NCBI GenBank assembly: GCA_963729625.1
Contig: CAVSOU010000010.1
Span: 768,001 to 832,000, forward strand
DNA: 64,000 nucleotides
Source of the DNA: an uncultured bacterium
GTDB taxonomy: Bacteria; Chloroflexota; UBA5177; JANWHV01
Direction: 5' to 3'
Position 1 is the first letter of the stretch. Each line of letters starts with the position of its first letter. The translations under genes were made by a program, and so were the position numbers. The notes under the pieces are model-generated. The model saw only the letters and a list, made by a program, of their open reading frames with translations. It was not told the origin of the DNA and searched no databases. Shown here piece by piece: positions 1-8,757 of the stretch.

Positions 1-1348
1 CGCTCGTCCATGCCTGCGCGGCCAGCTGCACCGGGTCCCACGGACTGGAAAGCGGCGGCGTGTAGCTCAGGTCCAGATCGCTCAGCTCCTCCACGCGCAT
101 GCGATGAAAGAGCGCGGAGGCGAAGACGTCAATGCGCTTGGCCACGCTGGCCCGCCAGTGGCCCAGTATCTGCGCGCCGAGGAGCTGACCCGTGCTCCGG
201 TCGCCGATGACGCGGAGATGCAAGTCGCGCGCCCCCGGATAGTACGCCTTGTGGTCCGGCACCGCCAACGAGACGGTCAGCGCGTCGTACCCGGCGGCTC
301 GCGCCGCCACCTCGCCCAGGCCGGTGCCGGCGATGGCCAGATCGAACACTTTCACGACCTGCGTGCCCAGGGAACCGGCGAACAGGGCGTGACCGCCGGC
401 AGCGTTCTCCCCCGCCACACGTCCCTGCTTGTGGGCGGTGGTGCCCAGCGGCAGGTAGACAGGACGTTCGAGCAGTCGGTGCCAGGTCTCCACACAGTCG
501 CCGGCGGCAAAGACATCCGGCAGGCTGGTCTCCATGGCGTGGTTCACGTGCAAGGCGCCGCGCTCACCCAGTGTGGCGCCGCCAGCCTTGGCAAGCTCGG
601 TGGACGGCCGCACACCCGCTGCCACCAGCATGAGATCCGCCGCGGCCGTGAAGTCCGGCGTACCCGTGACCCGCAGCCCGTGCGTTCCTTCGCCGATCAC
701 AGTGATGGCGACGCTCGTATGCACCGTGACCCCATGGCGTCTGAGCTCGGCCGCGACGTCCTCACCCAGCGGCGGATCGGCCGTTGGCATGACGGTGGGT
801 GTCATCTCCACCAGGGTGACCGCCAGGCCGCGATGCCTGAGGGCATCGGCCATCTCCAGACCGATGTAGCCGCCACCGATGATCAGGGCGGAGCGCGACT
901 CCTCGCGGGCGAGTCGCTCGTGCAGAGCGAAGGAGTCATCCATCGTATGCAGCATAAAGACACCGGGAAGATCGAGACCAGCGATAGGCGGGCGAAGCGG
1001 CGCGGCGCCGGTGGCGATCACCAGGCGGTCATAGGCGAGTGTTATAGCGTCGCCAACCCGCGGCGTCGCAGATACGGCGTGGGCAGCGGGATCGATGCGT
1101 GTGGCCGTGTGGTCAAGGAGCAGTCGCACGCCGCGCGCCTCCAGATCGACGCTGGTGCGATGGGCCAGCTGAGGCCACTCCTTGACCTCACCCGAGAGGT
1201 AGAAGGGCAGCCCACAGATGCTGAAGTTCGGGAAGCGGTCGGCGACGAGCACGGTGACGTCTGATAGGGGAGCGACCTCTCGCGCCCGCAGCGCGGCGCT
1301 GATGCCGGCATCACTGCCGCCAATGACCAGCAGTCGGGTGGCAGCCAT
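1..1348 (-). CDS. FAD-dependent pyridine nucleotide-disulfide oxidoreductase (CoA-disulfide reductase/NADH oxidase family), runs off the left edge
   Basis: Hand translation from ATG 1348 (absent from the ORF track because there is no stop in the window): MAATRLLVIGGSDAGISAALRAR, NFSICGLPFYL (redox Cys), IIGGGYIGLEMA, VFAAGDCVE, DLDLSYTPPLS. Confidence 0.88.
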   Translation of the reverse strand, partial: MAATRLLVIGGSDAGISAALRAREVAPLSDVTVLVADRFPNFSICGLPFYLSGEVKEWPQLAHRTSVDLEARGVRLLLDHTATRIDPAAHAVSATPRVGDAITLAYDRLVIATGAAPLRPPIAGLDLPGVFMLHTMDDSFALHERLAREESRSALIIGGGYIGLEMADALRHRGLAVTLVEMTPTVMPTADPPLGEDVAAELRRHGVTVHTSVAITVIGEGTHGLRVTGTPDFTAAADLMLVAAGVRPSTELAKAGGATLGERGALHVNHAMETSLPDVFAAGDCVETWHRLLERPVYLPLGTTAHKQGRVAGENAAGGHALFAGSLGTQVVKVFDLAIAGTGLGEVAARAAGYDALTVSLAVPDHKAYYPGARDLHLRVIGDRSTGQLLGAQILGHWRASVAKRIDVFASALFHRMRVEELSDLDLSYTPPLSSPWDPVQLAAQAWTS

Positions 1349-1351
1349 AGC

Positions 1352-2026
1352 TCACGCCCCGTGCCGGAAATGCAGCTTCTCCGTGACAGTGGCGAGCGTC
1401 TGCGTCACGCCACTGGGTTGGGGAGCCTGCTGTGTCTCGGTCTTGTCCGTCATGCCCGCCAGCGATTCGGGCCGCCCGCGCCGCCCGCTGGCCGGATGGG
1501 GCATGTTCAGCAGGTGGCCAATGCGCGTGTTCAGCTCCAGCCATAGGGTGCTGAGCGCGCGCGCGCGGGCCGTTTTGTCTTCAATGAGGGACGGGTCGGG
1601 AAAGCTCCAGTGGATGCGTATCGGGTCGCCGGGGAAGGCCGGGCACTGGTCGCGAACGCTGTCGCACAGGGTGATGATGTAGTCGAACGACTGGCCCACG
1701 AACTCGTCCATGGACTTGGAGCGGTGCTGGCTCACGTCGATACCGTGCTCCTCCAGGAGCGCGGCGGCCATCGGGTGCACGCTTGTGGGGTGACTGCCGG
1801 CGCTGAACGCTTGCACGCGCGGCCCGCCCCGCACGCGAAGGATGGCTTCCGCCACCTGCGAGCAGGCGCTGTTATGCGTGCAGAGGAAGAGCACGCGGAT
1901 ACGCTCGTCTCGGTCCGTCGACTCGGTAGGTGTGGCCGCGTACGTCGTTGGCGTCTCGCTCGCCTCAAGGGCTGTCGGAACCTGATCGTCCGAACGGTTA
2001 GGCTGGGTATCGGTGTCGCTACGCAT
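1352..2026 (-). CDS. arsC: Arsenate reductase, LMW-PTP/thioredoxin-coupled family; P-loop Arg replaced by Cys
   Basis: RVLFLCTHNSACSQVAEA, SAGSHP, DYIITLCDSVRDQCPAFPG, HWSFPDP; GAGGAG RBS before ATG 2026; ars context. Confidence 0.85.
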   Translation of the reverse strand: MRSDTDTQPNRSDDQVPTALEASETPTTYAATPTESTDRDERIRVLFLCTHNSACSQVAEAILRVRGGPRVQAFSAGSHPTSVHPMAAALLEEHGIDVSQHRSKSMDEFVGQSFDYIITLCDSVRDQCPAFPGDPIRIHWSFPDPSLIEDKTARARALSTLWLELNTRIGHLLNMPHPASGRRGRPESLAGMTDKTETQQAPQPSGVTQTLATVTEKLHFRHGA

Positions 2027-2255
2027 TGTCTTGTCTCCTCGGATACTACTTCTACGAACATGCAATCGAAGGCCGCTTGCGATCCAAGCGCGTCACGAAC
2101 ACATCACGGCATCATGTGGGGTGTCCTTATGCCGGGCCAGGCGGTTCGGCCAGGTGCATACGCCGCCAGCTGGAAGGATGCGGTAGGAGCAGCAGATAGC
2201 TGATGAGTTCGACTCATCGTCCGCGACCCCATTGCCCTGCCTCTCAGGTTATTAC

Positions 2256-2271
2256 ATCAATGGAATTTGAT
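2256..2271. promoter_or_regulatory. ArsR/SmtB-type operator
   Basis: ATCAA-tggaat-TTGAT, a perfect 5-6-5 palindrome between divergent units. Confidence 0.75.
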
Positions 2272-2438
2272 TCAATCTCTACTGTAGTGTGACAGGAGCG
2301 CGCCAGGAAGTCAATTGGAGCAGGCTGGAGCTTGACAATCGCTCAGGTCGGTGCCGTACGCGCCAATGACGGTGTGTCGGCGTTCATCCTCACACCCGAC
2401 TCGCCGCCCACTCGTAGTAGGAGGATAGGTCCAGCTTC

Positions 2439-2705
2439 ATGAGCCTTCAGCACACCCTCTTCATTCCGGCCCTGCTTGTGCCCCTGGCTATGGACACGTT
2501 CGTACTTGCAACTGCATTGGGGCTTACCGGGCTACCAGAAGAGCAACGGGCTCGAACAAGTATCGTGTTCGCCGGCTTTGAGGCTGGCATGCCGGTCGTG
2601 GGTGTTCTCGTCGGAAGCGGCATCGGCAGCGTTCTCGGTCAGTTCGCAGGCCATGTGGCAGCCGTGGTGATCGGCATGGCTGGCGTGCTGCTTTTGCGCC
2701 CGAGA
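2439..2705 (+). pseudogene. mntP: Truncated MntP-family Mn efflux pump (N-terminal half), reading in frame into arsR
   Basis: LLVPLAMDTFVLATALG...FAGFEAGMPVVGVLVG resembles the first MntP repeat; hydrophobic similarity ends near codon 88; GGAGG RBS. End approximate. Confidence 0.65.
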
Positions 2706-2839
2706 GCGTGGGGGGTCAGGCTTGCGACTCCGACAGGCCCGGGCGCGGCACCACTCCGTGCCATGCGGCCCCCACAACGCAGGCCGTTGGGCCCTGGCGG
2801 GAGCGAACCAATCCGGCGTCTACTACAAGCGAAAGGTAC

Positions 2840-2855
2840 ATCAATGGCTATTGAA
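2840..2855. promoter_or_regulatory. ArsR-type operator overlapping the arsR start codon
   Basis: ATCAA-tggcta-TTGAA. Confidence 0.65.
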
Positions 2856-3206
2856 CTAACAATCAGAGCCGTCGACGTCGAGCCGCCTGCCGCGGACTTC
2901 CTGAAGCTGCTCGCCGACCCCACGCGGCGCCAGATCTTTCTCCTGCTGATGCGCGGTGAGATCTGCAACTGCGAACTTGCCGTCGAGCTAGATCTGCCGC
3001 AGAACCTGATCTCGCACCACATTCGGAAGCTGCGGGAAGCCGGGCTCGTACACGAGCATCGCGATCCGCATGATGGGCGCTGGATCCACTATACGGTGGG
3101 CGTGGAGGCGCTGGCCGCCGCTTGGCAGGCGTTGATGGCGGCCTTCGACCCCGCGCATCTCGGATCGCGCGTGCCGCCGTGCCGCAGCACCACGCTTGAG
3201 CCATAG
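2844..3206 (+). CDS. arsR: ArsR/SmtB metalloregulator
   Basis: LKLLADPTRRQI, GEICNCEL (alpha3 CxC site), LPQNLISHHIRKLREAGLV, RWIHY. Confidence 0.9.
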   Translation: MAIELTIRAVDVEPPAADFLKLLADPTRRQIFLLLMRGEICNCELAVELDLPQNLISHHIRKLREAGLVHEHRDPHDGRWIHYTVGVEALAAAWQALMAAFDPAHLGSRVPPCRSTTLEP

Positions 3207-3252
3207 GGCGCGGCGGACGGGAGCCACTGTTCTTTTTTCGTGTGGGATATAC

Positions 3253-3268
3253 ATCAATAAGAGTTGAA
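3253..3268. promoter_or_regulatory. ArsR-type operator directly upstream of arsP
   Basis: ATCAA-taagag-TTGAA, 5 nt before ATG 3274. Confidence 0.7.
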
Positions 3269-3273
3269 CTAGC

Positions 3274-4377
3274 ATGATTGTCGAACGTCAGCGCGCCAGC
3301 AAGCAAGAGCAGGATGGTGCGTACAGCTTCGTGTTGGCCGACCCGGCCGCCGCTTCCCCAGGACATCCGAACCGCTGGCTAGGCCTGCGTATCGCCGTCG
3401 CGGTGGTCGTCTGGGTGTATCTCTACAGCCAGCTCGACGCCTTCGCCGGCTGGCTGAGCTACGACATACTCCGTCTGCAGCGCGGCACGCACCTCGGTGA
3501 CGCGGTGGACTTCTGGGTTACCGACGTGCCCAAGATCTTCCTCCTTCTCTCCGGTATCGTCACCGTGGTCACGATTATCCGCAGCTACTTCCCACCTGAG
3601 CGGGTGAAGAAAGCCCTGGCCGGCAAGGGCGAATTCATGGCCACGGTGCTGGCGGCACTGCTAGGGACGATCACCCCCTTCTGCTCCTGCTCGGCGGTAC
3701 CACTCTTCATCGGCTTTGTGGAATCCGGCCTGCCACTGGCCGTCACCTTTGGCTTCCTGATCGCTGCACCGGTGGTTAATGAGGTGGCCCTCGTGATGCT
3801 GGCCGGGCTGTTCGGCTGGAAGATCGCGCTTTTCTATGTGGGCATGGGGCTGGTGGTCGCGGCAGTGGGCGGCACGGTGATCGGTCACCTGCACCTGGAG
3901 GATCAGGTAGAAGACTACGTCTATCGGATCAAGGTGGGTGAGGGGGAGACAGCGCGCCTGACCTTCGCCCAGCGTCTCGACGATGGGATCGCCTATACGA
4001 AGGATATTTTGCGCCGGGTCTTCCCCTGGGTCCTGGGTGGCATCTCCATCGGAGCGCTGATCCACGGCTATGCGCCGACGGACTTCGTGGTGCAGTATGC
4101 CGGGCGCGGCAATCCGCTAGCGGTGCCGCTCGTGGTGCTGATCGCTGTCCCGCTCTATTCGAACGCCGCCGGCACCATCCCCATTGTCCAGGCACTGATG
4201 GAGAAGGGGTTGCCGATGGGCACCACGCTGGCCTTCATGATGGCGATCACGGCCATCTCGGCGCCCGAGATGATCATCCTGCGCAAGGTCATCAAGCCGA
4301 AGCTGATTGCCGTCTTCATCACGGTCGTCACCCTGGCAATCATCCTGATCGGCTACGTCTTCAACGCGATTGTTTAG
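3274..4377 (+). CDS. arsP: ArsP-family (DUF318) permease, probable organoarsenical efflux
   Basis: TPFCSCSAVP signature, multiple TM segments, VPLYSNAAG, ars context. Confidence 0.85.
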   Translation: MIVERQRASKQEQDGAYSFVLADPAAASPGHPNRWLGLRIAVAVVVWVYLYSQLDAFAGWLSYDILRLQRGTHLGDAVDFWVTDVPKIFLLLSGIVTVVTIIRSYFPPERVKKALAGKGEFMATVLAALLGTITPFCSCSAVPLFIGFVESGLPLAVTFGFLIAAPVVNEVALVMLAGLFGWKIALFYVGMGLVVAAVGGTVIGHLHLEDQVEDYVYRIKVGEGETARLTFAQRLDDGIAYTKDILRRVFPWVLGGISIGALIHGYAPTDFVVQYAGRGNPLAVPLVVLIAVPLYSNAAGTIPIVQALMEKGLPMGTTLAFMMAITAISAPEMIILRKVIKPKLIAVFITVVTLAIILIGYVFNAIV

Positions 4378-4437
4378 CACGCAATGCAGCCCGGAGCGGG
4401 CAGACTGAACCGTTGGCAGCAAAGAAGGAGAGACACC

Positions 4438-4683
4438 GTGGACGTCAAGATTCTGGGAACCGGCTGCTCGAACTGCAAGCGGCTGGAAGCACTGGTACGG
4501 GAGGTGGCCGCGACAGAACACCTTCAACCCGCGATCGACAAGGTGACCGACATCCCCGCCATTATGGCCTACGGCATCATGCACACACCCGGCCTGGTGA
4601 TCGACGGCGAGGTCAAGGCTAGCGGGCGTATTCCGTCAAAGGCTGAAGTCGCGGGCTGGCTGCTGGCCGCGGCTGCCAAGTAA
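4438..4683 (+). CDS. Small thioredoxin-like redox protein (MTH895/Thioredoxin_3 family)
   Basis: GTG start after AAGGAG; VKILGTGCSNCKRL, IMAYGIMHTPGLVIDGEVKASGRIP. Confidence 0.88.
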   Translation: MDVKILGTGCSNCKRLEALVREVAATEHLQPAIDKVTDIPAIMAYGIMHTPGLVIDGEVKASGRIPSKAEVAGWLLAAAAK

Positions 4684-4767
4684 GCAAGGGCCAGGAACGA
4701 GCGGCGGCGCGGCTCGAGGACCCGGAGGCACGCCGCCTACCCTCTTCCCTTGAAGGAGAAAACGTCC

Positions 4768-5500
4768 ATGTCAACCGTGATGACTGTGAAGAGCCCAGTT
4801 CTCGAGCCGCCTCGCCCTCCTGCTCAATCATGGCTTAGCCGCTTCCATACCGGCTGGTTCGCCGCCGTCATGGGCACGGTGGTGATCGGCGTGGTGGCCA
4901 ACACGAATCCCGGGAACCAGCCGGCACTGAAGGATGCCTGCGAGGCGCTCGCCGTGGCGATGGTCGCGCTGGCACGCTTCTTGCTTGTCGCCAGCTACGC
5001 GGCCTGGGGCATGGGCTTCTTCCTCTTCCTATTGACCGCCGCCCTGCTCTACGCGCGGTATGTCTACAACCCGCTGCCCAAGGCACCCATGGCGCCCGCC
5101 TTCGGGATTGGCCTGGGCCCGATCGGCGTGGGCGGCCTGACCCTGCTGCGCATGGCCCAGGCCTCAGGGGTCGTCTGGCACAGGGCGAACGTAACGGCCG
5201 TGAGCCAGCTCTCCTCGCTGGCCGCCACCGCCTTCCGGGGGCTTCGGCCTCTGGTGGCTGCCCATGGCACCCATGCTCCTGGCGCGCTACCGGCGTGCAG
5301 GCCGCCTACCGTACGGCGTCGGCTGGCGGGCCTTCGCGTTCCCGCTCGGCGCCTACACGACGTTGACGCGCGCGCTCTCACGTGCCTGGAACCTCGGTGT
5401 CATTGAGGTGCTCGGCGCCGCGTTCGCCTGCTTGCTCGCGGCATTCTGGCTCGTAGTCACCACCTACACGCTCGTGCATATGCGAACCGGCCTAGCCTGA
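4768..5500 (+). pseudogene. TDT/SLAC1-family transporter, frameshifted and apparently internally deleted
   Basis: GWFAAVMGT, IGLGPIG, then FAFPLGAY in another frame; shift in the G-run near 5237-5241; about 243 codons in total. Confidence 0.7.
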
Positions 5501-5689
5501 AGACGCTGATGTGCCGGCGTGAAGATCCGATGGGCGCGGGTCAATGAGCGGCGAACACGACCACGCCCACGGCATGACGCGCAACACGACGCCCCAATAG
5601 TTTCGCTATCCCTGCCGGCGCGTGCGTCTCGGTCGCGCGTTGAATCGTTGAGGTCGTCCTAGACTGAGGGTGTATCGCGCTGATATCAT

Positions 5690-5705
5690 TTCAATGTAGG
5701 TTGAT
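5690..5705. promoter_or_regulatory. ArsR-type operator upstream of the second arsR
   Basis: TTCAA-tgtagg-TTGAT in an AT-rich patch. Confidence 0.7.
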
Positions 5706-5742
5706 ATATATCTACGATGGTTGCGGAGAAAGAGGCAGGGGA

Positions 5743-6162
5743 ATGGCGAGGTCGGTGATCGCGGCTCGGTCCTCGGGATTGGAGACCGAGGCGCAACTTG
5801 GGGATGTGCTGCGGGTGCTCGCAGACCCCACACGGCTGCGAATCTTCCGCCTGCTGCGTGCGGGGGAAGCCTGTGTCTGCGAGATGGCGGCCGAGCTGAA
5901 GCTGGCTGAGAATCTCGTCTCCCATCACCTGCGTGCGCTCCGCGAGGTCGGACTGGTCCACGATCGGCGTGACCGCTCGGATGCGCGGTGGGTTTACTAT
6001 CACCTGAGCACGCCCGCGCTCGCTCGGATACGTGCAGAACTTGGCGCTCTGTTCGATCCGTTTACCCTCGGCGTGCGCACGCCGACCTGCGGTCCCGCCG
6101 CGCTCATTCAGGTAGGAGCGAGCGGCGCGGAGCGCGCGGCGGAGATGTGCTGCACGAGGTGA
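5743..6162 (+). CDS. arsR: ArsR metalloregulator with CVC site and C-terminal Cys-Cys
   Basis: LRVLADPTRLRIF, GEACVCEMA, NLVSHHLRALREVGLV, RWVYY, EMCCTR. Confidence 0.92.
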   Translation: MARSVIAARSSGLETEAQLGDVLRVLADPTRLRIFRLLRAGEACVCEMAAELKLAENLVSHHLRALREVGLVHDRRDRSDARWVYYHLSTPALARIRAELGALFDPFTLGVRTPTCGPAALIQVGASGAERAAEMCCTR

Positions 6163-6200
6163 ATTGGGGCATGGCGTGGCGATCTTGGTGTGTCCAGGAT

Positions 6201-6231
6201 ATCAATAGCTACTGATGCAATTGTAGTTGAG
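6201..6231. promoter_or_regulatory. Tandem degenerate ArsR-type operators upstream of arsDA-acr3
   Basis: ATCAA-tagcta-CTGAT followed by TGCAA-ttgtag-TTGAG. Confidence 0.55.
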
Positions 6232-6300
6232 CTATGAAGCCGTGAGTGCGAGGGATGTACCCGCAGCCGCGTGCAAAGTTGCCATGAAGGGAAGAGAACG

Positions 6301-6966
6301 ATGACCAAAATACAGGTGTATGACCCACCGATGTGTTGCTCGACGGGTGTCTGTGGCCCAAACCCGGATCCCGTGCTGCCCCGCTTCGCGTCCGACCTGC
6401 AGTGGCTCGTCGGCCAGGGGGTGGTCGTCGAGCGCTACAACCTTTCCCAGCAGCCGCAGGCCTTCGTCGCGAATCCGGTGGTCAAAGCCGCGCTGACTGA
6501 GCAAGGTAACCAGTGTCTCCCGCTCCTCTTGGTCGACGGCGATGTCGTGAGCCGCGGAACCTATCCTGTACGAGAGGCGCTCGCACGCTTCACCAGCCTT
6601 CAGGAAAAGGACCTGTCGAGCCTATATACGCCTGCGGTGGCCGAGCTTGTCGCCATCGGCGCCGCCATCGCCGCAAATTGCGAGCCCTGCTTCAGATTCC
6701 ACTTTGAACAGGCCCGCACGCTCGGGGTCTCCACCGAAGACCTGGCCAGCGCCGTGAAGACAGCGCAGACGGTCAAGGACACGCCCGCGCAGTCGATCTT
6801 CGATCTGGCGCAACGCTTCTTGCGACCGAAGGCGGCACCGCTAGGCTTGCCCGTGCTGCAAGCGAGCTGCTGCGCTTCAGATGATGCCTCGTCCTCCGAC
6901 AGCTCAGGGTGCTGCTGCGCTTCGGATGAGACCTCGTCGCCCAGCGGTTCAGGCTGCTGCGCATGA
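6301..6966 (+). CDS. arsD: ArsD As(III) metallochaperone fused to a CMD/AhpD-like domain and a Cys-rich tail
   Basis: IQVYDPPMCCSTGVCG, ERYNLSQQPQAF, LPLLLVDG; then ELVAIGAAIAANCEPCFRFH; tail SCC..GCCC..GCCA. Confidence 0.9.
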   Translation: MTKIQVYDPPMCCSTGVCGPNPDPVLPRFASDLQWLVGQGVVVERYNLSQQPQAFVANPVVKAALTEQGNQCLPLLLVDGDVVSRGTYPVREALARFTSLQEKDLSSLYTPAVAELVAIGAAIAANCEPCFRFHFEQARTLGVSTEDLASAVKTAQTVKDTPAQSIFDLAQRFLRPKAAPLGLPVLQASCCASDDASSSDSSGCCCASDETSSPSGSGCCA

Positions 6967-8754
6967 TCGGCGTGGCGCATTTTCTCGACCACGCTACGCG
7001 GATCCTATTCTTTACCGGCAAGGGTGGGGTCGGCAAGACCTCGCTGTCGTGTGCCACGGCCATCGCCCTCGCGCGGCGCGGTAAGCGGGTGCTCCTGGTG
7101 AGCACCGATCCGGCCTCGAATCTCGACGAAGTGCTCGGCGTCCGGCTGTCCGGCGTGCCAACAGACGTGCCGGGTATCTCCGGCCTCGCCGCGCTGAATA
7201 TCGACCCGGAAGCCGCGGCACGCGTCTACCGGGAGCGGGTTGTCGGTCCGTATCGCGGCGTGCTGCCGGAAGCGACGGTAGCCAGCATGGAGGAGCAGCT
7301 TTCCGGGGCCTGCACCGTGGAGATTCGCCGCCTTCGACGAGTTCACCATGTTGCTGGGGGACAAGCAAGCCACAACCGCTTTCGACTACCTCATCTTCGA
7401 CACGGCGCCGACCGGGCACACCCTGCGACTGCTGAAGCTGCCTGCGGCCTGGACCGGGTTCATCGCCGAGAACACCACGGGGACATCCTGCCTGGGACCG
7501 CTGTCCGGCCTGCAGGCACAGCAGGCCCTGTACGAGGCGAGCTTCCGGACCCTTGGCGACCCCACGACGACGACGCTCGTGCTGGTCAGTCGGCCGGAGA
7601 CCTCCGCGCTGGCCGAAGCGGAGCGCACGCGGGCCGAGCTTGCTGCCATGGGGCTCACGAGCCAGTACCTGTTCCTCAATGCCGTCTTCACGGCATCGGA
7701 CACCACCGACGCCGCCGCATGCGCGCTGGAGGCCCGTGGTCTCGATGCGCACCAAAGTATGCCGGAATTGCTCGCCGCCCTGCCGCGTGTGGAGGTACCG
7801 TTACTTCCCTTTGCGCCTATGGGCGTCGCCAATCTCGGGCGTGTCTTCGGCGCGGACCCATCCGCGTCCGATCCTGCGGCCCCGATGCAGAGGGAGGCGC
7901 CCGATGTCACGGGATCGCTCGCTAAGCTGATCGACGCTATCGAGCAGCTGGGTCACGGCGTGGTAATGACCATGGGCAAGGGCGGCGTGGGCAAGACAAC
8001 GGTCGCGGCGGCCATCGCCGTCGAGCTGGCGCATCGCGGCCATCGGGTGCATTTGAGCACCACGGACCCTGCCGCACACGTGGCCGCGACCGTCGATGGC
8101 GGCGTGACAGGGCTTCAGGTCAGCCGCATCGACCCGGCGGCCGAGACGCGGCGGTATGCCGAGGAAGTCCTGGCCAGGTCGGCCCCCTATCTGGACGAGC
8201 AGGGCAAGGCGGTGCTGGAAGAAGATCTGCGCTCACCCTGCACGGAGGAGATCGCGGTCTTTCGCGCCTTCGCGGACATCGTAGCCTCCGGAGAGGACGG
8301 CCTCGTCGTGCTGGACACGGCGCCGACCGGCCACACGCTCTTGCTGCTCGACGCGGCCGAAGCGTACCACCGGGAGGTACTGCGTTCGATGAGCGACACG
8401 ACGGACGCCGTGCGGAACCTCCTGCCGCGCCTGCGCGACCCAGAGTTCTCCCGCGTGCTGCTGGTCACGCTGCCTGAAGCGACGCCGGTGCACGAGGCGG
8501 GTTCGCTCCAGGAAGACCTGCTGCGCGCCGGCATCACCCCCTTTGCCTGGGTGATCAACCAGAGTTTCTCCGGCAACGGCTTCCGCGACCCCATCCTGGT
8601 CGCGCGCGGTGTGCGCGAGCTTCCCTTCATCGAGGAGGTCGGCGCGCACCTGGCGTCCCGGCTGGCCCTGGTGCCGTGGAACGCCGAGGCACCGGTGGGA
8701 CCGGTGCGGCTCAGACGACTCGCCCAGGCCGAGCATGAGAAAGTGAGTGTGTGA
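6963..8754 (+). pseudogene. arsA: Arsenite pump-driving ATPase ArsA with a single frameshift near 7325 (true lesion or sequencing error)
   Basis: Two GKGGVGKT Walker A motifs, two DTAPTGH motifs, LSGACTVEI and LRSPCTEEI; gagattcgccgccttc carries one extra base against EIAAF; ATGA overlap with the arsD stop. Confidence 0.9.
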
Positions 8755-8757
8755 CCG

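Noticed and set aside
104-1264. 386-aa plus-strand ORF and the many similar long overlapping ORFs
   Set aside because: Antisense or alternate-frame shadows of motif-bearing genes, as expected at high GC.
2170-2240. Possible fluoride riboswitch on the minus strand (GGCAATGG...CTCCTAC) with a GATGAGT/ACTCATC hairpin
   Set aside because: The P1 stem cannot form and the conserved TAATGA/TGATGA element is not in place; an Rfam scan would settle it.
2300-2438. yybP-ykoY Mn riboswitch upstream of the mntP remnant
   Set aside because: I could not find the conserved motif elements by eye.
7310-7350. Programmed frameshift in arsA
   Set aside because: No slippery heptamer; a single extra base in a conserved motif is better explained by mutation or error.
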